Source: the human T2T-CHM13v2.0 reference genome, Homo sapiens
DNA: 64,000 nucleotides
NCBI RefSeq assembly: GCF_009914755.1
Contig: NC_060932.1
Strand: one strand, 5' to 3'
Part shown: piece by piece, positions 52,571-64,000 of the stretch
How positions within the stretch are numbered: position 1 is the first letter of the stretch
How the letters are laid out: every line of letters starts with the position of its first letter
Translations under genes and position numbers: made by a program
Notes under the pieces: generated by a model
The model's database searches: none
The model's input: the letters and a program-made list of their open reading frames with translations, nothing else
Told to the model about the DNA's origin: nothing

Positions 52571-54799
52571 TTTAACAGATATTAAAATGAATCACAAAGC
52601 CATTTGTAAATGGCATAAGAACTTAGACAACTGAATCTGAATCTATTATCTTTGATCCATTGCATCTATGTTTACCCACATAGAAAATGTAATTTATAAC
52701 AAAGTAAATATCACAGATATCTAGAAAGGGAACATACACACACAAATGTGTACATGTATATATTTATACACATATACATATTTATAGTTTTATAAACACA
52801 TTTATAATACAGAAAATATCATACGTCATAGAGAAGGAAATATATGTATATATGGTATGTTTATACACAAATACATGTATAATAAACCATCAACTTCAAA
52901 TAGTTGAGATTCAATGCTGCACTTGATGAAATGACAGCCCCCAATAAGATTAATCATTCAAAAGGAAATTCCTTAAAGCACACTAAACCTTATTTGATAT
53001 GTAATCCTACCCACTAGGAAATACTTTACACAAAATTCCCATTGAATAAGCTCTTCTTTTCTCCTCTTTTTTTTCAGGGGGCTGCCAAAATCAAATACAG
53101 GCTCTGGTGCAAAGGTTAATCACATCCCTTTAAGGGGAAACTCCTCTAAAATCTGATTGCCAAGTATGAAGGGAAAATTGTAAATATGTAGCAAGTTCTG
53201 AATTAAATTTAAGGTTATTTTAATTATAAAAGCATTAATGACAGCAGGAAATTTAATGAAATAGTGGGCCATGAAATCAGTGTTATCATTTTAATACATA
53301 ACAGAATATGACAAACTCTATAAGATTCCTGTTCTCTTTCATGTCTATTACAATTTCCTTCTATTAGTTTCTACAAATAGAAAATTACATATAAAATTGA
53401 GTTTAACCAAATCTCTGCTAAAATCAGACAATCTGATTTGGTATTATATAACCACACTGAAATTTCATTTAATTTAGAAAGGGCTTCTCCTGGTGCCTTG
53501 AATACTAACTATTCTTCTAACAACACGTGTGTGGAGCTCTGGGTTTGACAGGAGAATAATCCTAGTGCTGAACAATAGATCAAGATTTTAACAGAGAGAA
53601 TGAAGATGAATAGAAATGGAGAGCTTGACCCAAGCCCATATAGGAGAGATTTCAAAAGTATTTCTTGAAATAGTCTGAAAATATTTACTCTTGCTTATCA
53701 TCTCATGAAAGAATTCTTTCTGAGAAAAAGTTGAAGATTCAGATGTCAGGCCTGACTGTCTTCCAATACAGCATGTCTGAAACTCCCCTGGTCTTTATTA
53801 AGAATAAAAGGCCTTAGAAAATAGGTCTTAGGTGCTTCAACTATACTTACAGCATTGTTATTATAGCTGACTATTGTAAATTGGTAATTATTTGAGGTCT
53901 TCCTCATCTTTCACACACATGAAAGGTACTTCAAAGGTAATATTTTAATAGGGGATTAATTCGTTTATTCTAGAGAGAAGGATCAAATCAAGAAGTGAGG
54001 AGAGGGGTGATTCTTGGGGAAAGAGTACCGATTTAAAAGAAAGATGAGGCGGGCTCTGGGGTACTGATATAACTCTATAACCAGTTCCTTTGACCTAGGT
54101 CCTGTTTATATAAAGTCTGTGATTGTGAAAATTAATTGAGCCATATAATTATTTGTGCACATTTCTGTATGTATATTATACTTTGTAGTGTTTTAATTTT
54201 TCAAAGTAACTGTTTTTACATTCTCTGATAGAACTACAGATGGCTGAAATAATGTAAAAATCTCAAATAGTAAAAATGTCTAAGTTAGCATTTAGTGGAA
54301 ATTTCTAGGTTTGGCTTTATCTTGCCATCACAAATTGCACACCATAAAGATAAGATTAGAAGCAAATAACAGGATTCTTAGTTTTTTGAATCTGGCTAGT
54401 CCACTGTGATTTGTCCAATCCTAACTCCCAAGATCCACACATTGAAAGTATCCTTAGCCATGAAATCCTACAGAATCCTAAAATGATTGCCTAAAATGAA
54501 TGCCTAAGCCAGTGGTCTTATTTTGCTTGGTCTTCAAGTTTGCAATTCTCCACCAGCCAGGACTTGTATTGAATCCCTAGCACCTAACAGATATTGAATC
54601 ACTCACTCATTTGGGCAGGTTGTCTTCAGAGGATCTCGAATGTAACTCACTGTAGCCCTTAAGAGTTTCCACATCCAGCCAACTCCCTTCTCCCCTTTGG
54701 CTAACTGTACTCAGAGTGGTGTGTCAGGTAGTTCTCTCCCATGACTCTAAATTTCTTAAAGAGATTATTGCAAGGTCAGGCTGGGAAGCAATGCAGAAT

Positions 54800-55000
54800 A
54801 ATAACAGTAGCAGAAAACTAAGCATCAGAATGAGGATCCATTTCAACCCAAGCTTTATTTTTCAATAGCTGTATGACCTTGGGCAACCTCTTTGTAAAAT
54901 AGGGGTCAAACATCTGCTCCTCACATATTCATTATGAGGATCAGATCAGGTAATATATGTGAATGTATTTTGTATGCCATAAACAGCAGTACCAGAGTTA
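54800..55000 (+). mobile_element. MIR
   Basis: tagctgtatgaccttgggcaa...tgtaaaatagggg...ttatgaggatca. Confidence 0.7.
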
Positions 55001-57047
55001 TTACAGTCACACAGTTTATTTATTGTAGGCTGCGGGTATGTGCTTAGAAGTAAGGAGTTACTATCACTTTGAAAATATTTTTAACAGTTCTCCTGTAGAG
55101 CAGTATTCACAACTACATCCAAGGCACAGGAGTGCTGAACTCTTTTTGTTCCACTTCTGGCCACTTCATTAGGCACCTTTCAAAGGCACCGTGACTTAGC
55201 TAAGCTTGAAGTGCAGATGCCAAATTACAGTGCCAACCCCATGGGGTGGGACAGTCCTCTTGCCTTCCAGACAACTTTCTGAAAGAATTTTGTATTTGTC
55301 CTCAATTTGCTGTGTTGGGAGTTTCCCAGATAACCAACCAAAAGCAGACGGACTGTGACAGCAGCATCTGGGTCATCCGAGGCATCTTGGAGCAAGTCTA
55401 TGCAGAAAATATTATATGAGTTAAAAATTTCAAGCTCCAGTGGTAATGGATAATGGGTCAATGGGGCTCTATTAAAAAGCTGGGTCAGGGGAAGGTGACT
55501 TCTTTGGGATGCTCTGGTAGATTGAGACCATTAATTTAGAGGTGGATTGTTTCATGGATCAAGAAGACGTTTCCTGGGGGGAAGCTACTGCATAACCTCG
55601 GACTGTCTCCTGTGGAATCCTAGGGACCCCATCTCCATTTAATTCAAACAGTGTTTAAAAAAATTACCAGTTTAGCCCTGCAGGAGTTCTGAAATGTGCC
55701 TCAAAGGCTCTGTAAGGTTACATAGCCCAGAGGGAGTTGGAAACTAAATTGAATTCTTGAGCTTTACAATTTCTTTACTCGGCTGGAGCTTACACATTAC
55801 ATTATTTAATGTACTTTGGAGTAGTAGCCTCTGTCTTGTTCTTAAGTCCCAGATAAACCATAACTAAAACTTAAAGAATTACAAATTCAGAGAATAGACA
55901 GCTGAAAATAAACATAAAGTTGTTGGTAATTCTCATGGAAAATAACAACTCTCTATTCCAAGGAATACAGACCATAAATATGCCCATAGACCAGAGTTCT
56001 AAATCTTTTTCAGGGGAAGCTGGTGACTAAGCAAGTTAATTATATTGTTGTCCTATGGGCTGAATGGAAGGTCATGTAATGCCTTCAAACGCTTGTTGCA
56101 GTTCTATGTTTTATAAGAATGACACTCTCATCAAAGTAGCAATCAAGCCAGCCCTTTTGCGGTAGCCACTTCATTACATGCTTTCAGAAGCTACAGCACT
56201 CTAGCTATAGCCTGGTGCAATTCAAAGAAACAGAAGAAAGGGAACAGACTAGAGGCTGTAGAAGAGGGCTTTGAGGTCAATCCCCCACAAGAAAGCCTAG
56301 GGCATTTCTTAGGAGAGAGGTCGGGGGCATAGCTGAAGATATAAAAACCTTTGTCAGCAAAGGAATTGGTGTCAGGTGCAGGTTTCATCAGAGATCTGGG
56401 TGGAGACGGCAGAATTCACCGTGCTGTGATTTTTTCAACAGCCAATCATCTCCCATGCTGGCCCTAATGCTGGTGTCTAATGGCTCATGTCACATCCCTT
56501 GTGTTAAACATTGGCTTGGCTGAGCTGCCTCTTTAGAAGTACAAATCTTCTCAAGAGAGGCACCTCATTAAGCCACTTAACACTTTCAAGTGAATGAATC
56601 TGGAGAGACAGGGGAGAGAGGAGAAAGGGAAGGTGAGGGATGTCAACAATCAAACTACAAATGTATGCAGGGCCTTGCCTAGGGAAGGGAGGATGGGCAG
56701 GAGCTGGGCAGAGGAGAGGCTATTTGCCACTTCTGGCTCGCACAGTGCCAGGGTAGTGTCCCTGACAGGTCAGAGGAGGGTTGCCATGAGGAGAGGGACG
56801 CCAGTATGCAAGTCCCTGCTGAAGGAAGAGCACCTTCCTGCACTGCCTCTCTGTTCTCCAGTTCTCTCACGTTTTCCCCTCTTCTACACTCATTTCCTTA
56901 TGGCGTTCTTCCCAGTCTTTCCTGTTTGGTTTACAAACCCTTTTGACGTTTGTCTTGTGACCATTTCAAATCCTGTGTAGCTCTTCACATGGGGAGGTTG
57001 CTGGCAGGCAGGGAGGCACCATCTAAGGGTTTGAAAATAGCATGTCT

Positions 57048-57370
<323 letters not shown>

Positions 57371-57576
57371 TCAGGAGACATGAAAGGCCAGGACCTGGAT
57401 GACCCTGCCTCGAGGAGATACAGCTAAAAGGGCAATAGAAGGAACATTCCACAGCTCCTGAAGGGCCTTTTGTATTGGGTGCGGAACATTGTCCTCTATC
57501 CTCCCTGCAGGTCACACAAAAAGAAGGGAAATGAATGGCAGGTGGGGGATTGAGGCTGGATTTAAGGAAGGGTTAT

Positions 57577-57928
57577 GGATATGGTTTGGCTCTGTGTTCC
57601 CACCCAAATCTCATCTTGATTTGTAATCCTCACCTGTCGAGGGAGGGAGGTGATTGGGTTGGATCATGGGGGTGGTTTCCCCCACACTGTTCTCTTGATA
57701 GTGAGTGAGTTCTCACGAGATCTGATGGTTTTATAAGGGACTCTTCCCCCTTCACTCTCTCTCCTGGTTCCTTGTGAAGAAGGTGCCTGTTCCCTCTTCC
57801 ACCATGATTGTAAGTTTCCTGAGGCCTCCCCAGCCATGTGGAATTGTGAGGCAATTAAACCTCTTTCCTTTATAAATTAACCAGTCTCAGGGAAGTTCTT
57901 TATAGCAGTGTGAAAATGGACTAATACA
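57577..57928 (+). mobile_element. MaLR solo LTR, THE1 (C/D-like)
   Basis: gatatggtttggctctgtgttcccacccaaatctcatcttga...ggactaataca; perfect TSD gttat/gttat. Confidence 0.92.
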
Positions 57929-59677
57929 GTTATCGTCCCTCTTTTTTAAAAAATAGGAGTGAAGGAGGGGTTTAGCTTAACTGGGAATGTACTACAGGGA
58001 AAAGTGGAAGAAAAATAATTTGTAAAGTACTATGCTTTTCCATTTTTTAAGGTTACTGAACTCTTTTTTCTTTGAATTAAATTGTACATCAAGCTGTAAT
58101 AGCCAACTTCCCTGGTTGAACTGGGGGTAGGTGGTCAGGCAGCTTGTCCGAGAGCCTCAGCAGGCTTCCTCCCCAGCCTGCTAAGGCTCTCCTGAGGAAA
58201 TCCAGGCTTTTCTGAAACACAAATTAGAAACCCCTGGAATAGCATTTTTAGTTTACAAAGCTTTAACATCATTATATTACAGTGGAGGCAATCAGGCCAA
58301 GAGAGCTGAAGGGAGTGACCGGCTCATATTTGGTATAACAAGGACCTCCCCAGGCATTCTGGCCACTAGGAAACAACCCACTCTCCAGTGTAATGCACTG
58401 CTTCCTTGGAGTTGCCTCTAGACCTGTAAGAACCCCAGCATCTCTACCTCTCTACCTTCTGGAACCTCAGTGAGATGGTCATACAGGCTTTGCTGTATTT
58501 CCGAGTCATTCCATTCCAAAACACAGAACTAGAGACCTGAGCTATTTGTGGCCACAGAAGGACAGAGAACAAACAAGGATTTTGTGATGAGGGGATCCTT
58601 ATGAGTCTGACCGCTCTTTCCACAGCACAAATAATCAAGAAACGGAATGGACTGTCCCCAGATCTGGGACTCGAGAGGCAGCCAGAAGCCTGAGAGCAGA
58701 GCTTGGCAAAACAGGAGGCAGTAGATGAGCCAGCTGATGCTTTTAAACTAATTAAGAAAAGAGAGGCAGGTGTGTAATGGAAATGCTGGCTTGAAATGGT
58801 TAAAATCAGAAAACAGATTAGCACCTGTTTTGTCTAGTTTGCCACCATTCAAATGGAGGTGCAGGCCCCACCTCTGTCGCTCACTCCAGGCACACATTTA
58901 TGAAACAGGAACACATAATTGTACCTTCTGAGGGTGGTCTACAATTCTTGCTCCCATCTTAGGAGAATGTATTCCTTCCTTCCTTGTTCATGCAGAGTTT
59001 GCTCTGTGGCGTTTTAATTGGCTCAGGTGGTTGTACTTAGCACTGCCCCCTCTTTCCCCTCCCTCTCTCTGCTTCCCTTCTCTGATTTCCCTTCCTATCT
59101 CCCTTTTAGTGCACCCACATCTTTCTCTCCAAAGTGCTTCTTTCCTCTCTCTGCCTCCTTCACATCTCCCTTCAAAGATGAGACTGGGAAAAGCGGGTGG
59201 TAAGGGAATTCCACGGTCTGAATACCTTATTGTGTGTATTTTCTAGTACTCATTATCAGGGGAAACTGCTCTGTACTTAACACAGTTTTGTATTTTCTGC
59301 ATGTGCTGGTATGTTTTAAAATATTTCAAAAAATAATGCTTTCATTTCATGACAAAATATGATCTGTGTAAAAAGCAAGTCTGGCAGAAAGTGGCTTTGG
59401 CAGGAGCTGGGTTGGCCCTGGGCGAGGGCAGGCACCATCCTCAGGTTCCTTACTTTCAGTTGCTATGAACACCCACTCACCAGGGCTCTCCATCCTCAGT
59501 GGGGAGCATACAACAGGGCAGAGAACACAGGGCCATTGTTCCAGGATCCTAGATCAACAATTCTACATATTCAGTCTGGCCTTATCAACTCTGGACTCTT
59601 CCCTTGCTTGCCTGGGACATTTCTAGTGGCAGTTGAGTAACCAATTTCTGTGGATGTGGCCTCTTACTGGTCTGCAC

Positions 59678-60055
59678 TGTTAAATAAGCAGGAGACCATA
59701 GGCATGAGGCTGTCTTGTCCTTTGAGTTCCTACCTAAAAAAACTGAAATCTAATTTAGGAGTATATTTTGTAATAAATAACTGAGTTTTAGCCAATCACA
59801 AGCAGCCAACTGATCAGACCATGCCCCAACAAAGCAAGTGCCTCATCATACTATGCCCAAATAAGGCAAACGCCTGCATATAGCCAATCAGGTGATTTCT
59901 CTACTTTGCTTCCATATTCGGCCTATAAAACTGTCTGCTTGTGCTGCTGGGTGGAGTCTCTGACCCTCTTCTGGATCTGAATGTTGTGCAATTCATGAAT
60001 CGTTCTTTGTTCAAACCCTGTTAAATTGAATTTGTGTAAAGTTTTTCTTTTAACA
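59678..60055 (+). mobile_element. ERV1 solo LTR, MER57/MER93 group
   Basis: tgttaaa...agccaatcac...caaataaggcaaacgcc...cctataaaa...tttcttttaaca; TSD gcac/gtac. Confidence 0.85.
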
Positions 60056-60319
60056 GTACCTTCCCAATTTTACCTTTTCTGCTTGCTTATCTGATTCTTT
60101 ACATGCAAGCTCTGGCAGCATGATGTGTTTGTGGTACGGAAGCATTGGCATGGTGATCATTTAAGTGACGAAAATAATCTTCATATGCAGAAAACCATGA
60201 TCATGGATCTTGCCCTTTCTCCCTAGTCCACTACTCCCCCTGTGGGTATTAGCTGATTAATGGTATTACTGTCCTATGATTTCTTTGTGTAGTATATTTT
60301 CTTTTCTCTATAATTTACA

Positions 60320-61050
60320 TAATCATACTCCTCCAGTCCTTTTGTATTCTACCTGCAAAATGTCCCTTGGCTTTTTCCCCTCCTATTTCTTGTGTCACTG
60401 CCCCTAGTCAGGCTCCTGTTATCTCTTATCTTGAAAGATGCCATTCACTGGTTATTTTTCTTTTCCTATTTATTTTCCACATTTCAAATAATTTTCTAAC
60501 ATCTGAGATAAGATTTTTATCACTTCCTGGCCTAAATATTGCTGCTGACTTTTCTCTGGCACGATGTTGAAGTCCCCAATGACCTGGACCCAGAACACTT
60601 TCCAGTCTCATCCCCCATCATATGTTTTCCTGCCCCTCATCACAAACTATTCCATTTTTTATGAGAAGCCAGCCATACTAGGCCCCTCTCTGGTCCTTGA
60701 ACCTGCTGCATAATTGCTAGTATTTATGCTTGAGGGCAGACTGTTTCCTTTTCTCAGAATATATTTTTTCCATCTTCACTTCCCTCAGCCCTACTCAACT
60801 TTCAAGGCAGACTCAAATGCTGCTTCCTCTGAAGGGTCTTCTTCTGTCACAAGGCAGAATTAAGTACCTTTTCTTTGTTCCCATAGCACTTGGTTCATGT
60901 GACTCTTGTCATAGCCACCACTTTTCCCCCATTATAGTTACTAACAGATCTGTTTTCTTCCCTTAGCCTGTGAGCTTTTTAAGATTAAGGATTTTGTTGT
61001 TGTATTCTTAGCATAGATCTTGGTACCTGGTAGGCAACAAATGAGATGCT
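60320..61050 (+). mobile_element. L2 fragment with 3' end
   Basis: tcaaggcagactcaaatgctgcttcctctgaag...gcctgtgagctttttaag...tagcatag. Confidence 0.65.
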
Positions 61051-61369
61051 GTCAGCTTGGTGACTGATACTGAAATGTCCCACTTACTCCTGTGGCTGGC
61101 ACACATAAAAGTGATGTCCCTTAAGATAACCAGGACAGGAGAAGAAGCCCTTTCTAGGTGAGTGTGATAGGGTGTTAAAATGGGACTCTTGCAGTCTTGA
61201 GGTTTTGTCTGAAGCCTGAAAGCTGAGAACAACAGGTTCCAAGTATATCCACATCCTAAGGCAGATGTTAGACCATCTATGAGGCATTTGCAAAGGGAGT
61301 AATAAAAATAGTATTATCAGCAATATTAAGACTATGAAAGAAAAGGTTAAGAATTCATTAGCTGAAGTA

Positions 61370-61920
61370 ATCTCCAAACTGGGCTCCCAATTTCTTCCTT
61401 TCTCTTCCTTTTCCCTGGTATACTCAACATAGCTGCCAGAGTGATTGAAGTTGGTCGTGGCTTTTCTCTCCTCAGAAGCTCTAAGTGAAAGCCCAAATTC
61501 TTGCAATGGTTTCTGAGGGCTGACAAAAGCAGCTCTCATTTCTCTCTTCAACCTCATCTCCTGCTATGCCTCCCTTTGCTCTCTCTGCTACAGCCATGCT
61601 GGCCTCCTTGCTATTCTTCAAACATGCAAACATACTTCTGCCATGGGGCCTTTGCACGGGCTTGCCCGGGATAATCTCATCTTCAAATCTTTGCTTAAGC
61701 ATCACTTTCTTACTGAGACCAACACCATCAGCATATTTAAAATTTCGGCCATAAATGCTAGTCTTCCAAAGTCCTCATATGCTCCTCTGCTTTTTCCCTA
61801 CAGCTGTTAGCACTATAAAATTGAATTTTTCATTATTTTATAGTTTATTGTCTGTCTCTGAGGAAGGGGGTTGATCTTGTTGTTCGCTGATTTATACTAA
61901 TCTGCCATTCTACCAATGAA
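61370..61920 (+). mobile_element. L2 fragment
   Basis: ctcaacatagctgccagagtgat...cagccatgctggcctccttgctattcttcaaacatgc...gggcctttgcac. Confidence 0.75.
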
Positions 61921-61939
61921 GCTTAGAATACACTTGCTG

Positions 61940-62240
61940 GGCCGGGCATGGTGGCTCACGCCTGTAATCCCAGCACTTTGGGAGGCCGAGGCAGGCAGAT
62001 CACAAAGTCATGAGATAGAGACCATCCTGGCTAACATGGTGAAACCCCGTCTCTACTAAAAATACAAAAAAATTAGCCGGACGTGGTGGTGGGTGCCTCC
62101 CGCTACTCAGGAGGCTGAGGCAGGAGAATGGTGTGAGCCCGGGAGGCAGAGCTTGCAGTGAGCCGAGATAGTGCCACTGCGCTCCAGCCTGGGCAACAGA
62201 GCAAGACTCCATCTCAAAAAAAAAAAAAAAAAAAAGATAA
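61940..62240 (+). mobile_element. AluY with small right-arm deletion
   Basis: Y diagnostics: gagaccatcctggctaac, gagaatggtgtga, gagcttgcagtgag; TSD aatacacttgct / agtacatttgct. Confidence 0.95.
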
Positions 62241-62829
62241 AGTACATTTGCTTTCTGTGCTAGTCATTAGCTAAGTCAGAATTTCCAGGAAAGAAAAGAA
62301 AGGATGGTTGATCAAGCTTACTTCCCATAACAACCATATTTTTCCTTGGATTTGACTCCTACTCACATGTCAGCTCTTGAATTTTTCAAGAAGGCTCTTT
62401 GAGATAATCTTTCACTATTATTTACTAAGATTTTAAAGAAGCTATGCAAAGTAGCATTATTTTAAAAATCTCCTTTCTAATGTAGGTAACAAAGATTTTG
62501 TCTCATTTTCCTTTTACTCTATTTTGTCTTTTCAGTGTCTCACTCCACCCCTTTCCCAGGTGAAGGAAGTGATTCATCTGTGTGTTTTATCTTAAGGAAG
62601 AAGAGGGATCAAATGAGCCAACTTTGGCCCCCCCAAAAAAAAAAAAAAAAAAACCTAGAACGAAGGTTAAGACACATGAAATTAATTTGGATAGACTTGT
62701 TGACAAAGCCAATCTTTAATGCCAACCTCATAAAAACAGAATTAGGTAACTGTTGTCACAGATTGCAGTATCATAATAAAGCACAAATACTGAGTCTTTA
62801 TGCTTCTCCACAAATCAGAGATATATGGT

Positions 62830-63015
62830 GGAAGGACTGTAGGATTTGAAGCCAGAATACTGGGCAACATTCTGACCCATCCATCAGCTCTTATGTAGAC
62901 ATGGGTCTGTCAATTACTCTCTAAAGTGGGAATAACAACACACAGGCTATCCTATTTCACAGAGTTGTGGGAAGGTAAATGAGAAAATTTGGAAAGCACT
63001 TTGCTTAGTGCTCTA
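62830..63015 (+). mobile_element. MIR
   Basis: tttgaagccagaatactggg...atttcacagagttgtgggaagg-taaatgaga...gaaagcacttt. Confidence 0.65.
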
Positions 63016-63567
63016 CAAATACTGGAATCATTTATTCCAGAATTGGGATTTGTTTATTAGTTTACAGAACAAAGGCATTAAGATTCATTTAAATCTCCAT
63101 GAAACAAATTCGACATTGTTCCATTTCCTCACACGAGGGAAGCAAATTCTCTTATTATGTGTCTATATTTATCAATGTGGAAATCCAGCCCTCAGCTATC
63201 CTCTTCCCACCAAGATTAAGAAATGTAACAGTGGCAGCTGGAAAAACACAGAACTTTGAATAGGAGATAAGAATTACAGACTTCTTAAATGTCTTCATCT
63301 CCAATATTTTCCAGATCAGAATTTTTCTTGTCATTGATGTTACTTACATAGTATGATCAGCCAGAAGGTCTCTACTCTCTAAAACTACTCATTGTTGCCT
63401 AAAAGTCTGTAATTGGAGATCCCATTTCTTTGTATTAAGGCATTAATTTATGCTCAAATCACTTTAAATTGTTACACTAAAGAAAGGAGAAAGTGAAGTC
63501 TATAGCATCAGGTGTCCCTGGAGAAGTAGGGACACTGGCTAAAAGAATGGCTTAAAAAGACATTGAA

Positions 63568-63874
63568 GGCCGGGCATGCTGGCTCATGCCTGTGATCCAA
63601 ACACTTTGGGAGGCCACGGCAGGGGGCTTGCTTGAGCCCAGGAGTTCGAGACCAGCTTGGGCAACATGGCAAAACCCTGTCTCTACAAAAAAATACAAAA
63701 CTTAGCCGGGCATGGTAGTGTGCACCTGTAGTCCCAGCTAGTCAAGAAGCTGAGGTGGTAGGACTCTTCGAGTCCAGAGGTGGAGGTTGTACGGGGCCAA
63801 GATTGCACCATTGCATTCCAGCCTGGGCAACAGAGTGAGACCCTGTCTCAAGATAAATAATAAAATACATAAGT
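63568..63874 (+). mobile_element. Alu, AluJ-type
   Basis: ttgcttgagcccaggagttcgagacc-gc-tgggcaacatggcaaaacc; TSD aaaaagacattgaa / agaaagacaataaa. Confidence 0.95.
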
Positions 63875-64000
63875 AGAAAGACAATAAAAATCAACTTTAT
63901 TCCCTCTGAATTTTACCTTGGGCTGTCCTGTAGAGTAACAATCCCTTCTGCCCTCACCCTGGTGAAAGGTGCTGAACAGCAAGGGTTAAAGAAGAAATGT

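Noticed and set aside
56594-56980. 128-aa ATG-initiated ORF
   Set aside because: Purine-rich then pyrimidine-rich compositional bias explains it; no known domain.
61084-61557. Longest ORF (157 aa, minus strand) with a hydrophobic stretch
   Set aside because: The N-terminal part is antisense L2; the hydrophobic run comes from an AT-rich tract; no homology recognised.
62510-62750. Possible exon after a strong acceptor at 62535 (ORF 62535-62849)
   Set aside because: Contains an 18-nt A-run, the downstream donor is only moderate, and the translation has no homology.

Overview
This is primate (most likely human) euchromatic non-coding DNA, intergenic or deep intronic: AT-rich, CpG-depleted, with no CpG island. 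I find no credible protein-coding exon, tRNA, rRNA or CRISPR array, and the listed ORFs are repeat-derived or chance ORFs. The window is a mosaic of interspersed repeats: Alu/FLAM, L1, L2, MIR, solo MaLR/ERV1/ERVL LTRs, hAT DNA transposons and microsatellites. Families were assigned by eye from remembered consensus sequences, so subfamily calls and the edges of old elements are approximate. The most interesting structures are: (1) a single TSD-bounded L1PA insertion at 48.5-49.0 kb with a twin-priming 5' inversion and an apparent 3' transduction of a MaLR LTR fragment ending in a second poly(A); (2) an old diverged ~200-bp direct duplication (10.2-11.1 kb vs 12.4-12.6 kb) masked by a MER4 LTR inserted into one copy; (3) a three-level nest (MER112 > MER50 > LTR9) whose inner LTR keeps YY1, octamer, KLF, CCAAT and TATA motifs; (4) a four-Alu inverted cluster in which one Alu tail is replaced by a palindromic microsatellite; (5) unclassified inserts splitting L2 elements, one resembling a decayed hAT transposase; and (6) several repeat-free, motif-dense enhancer candidates. 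I do not see evidence for a new gene system.
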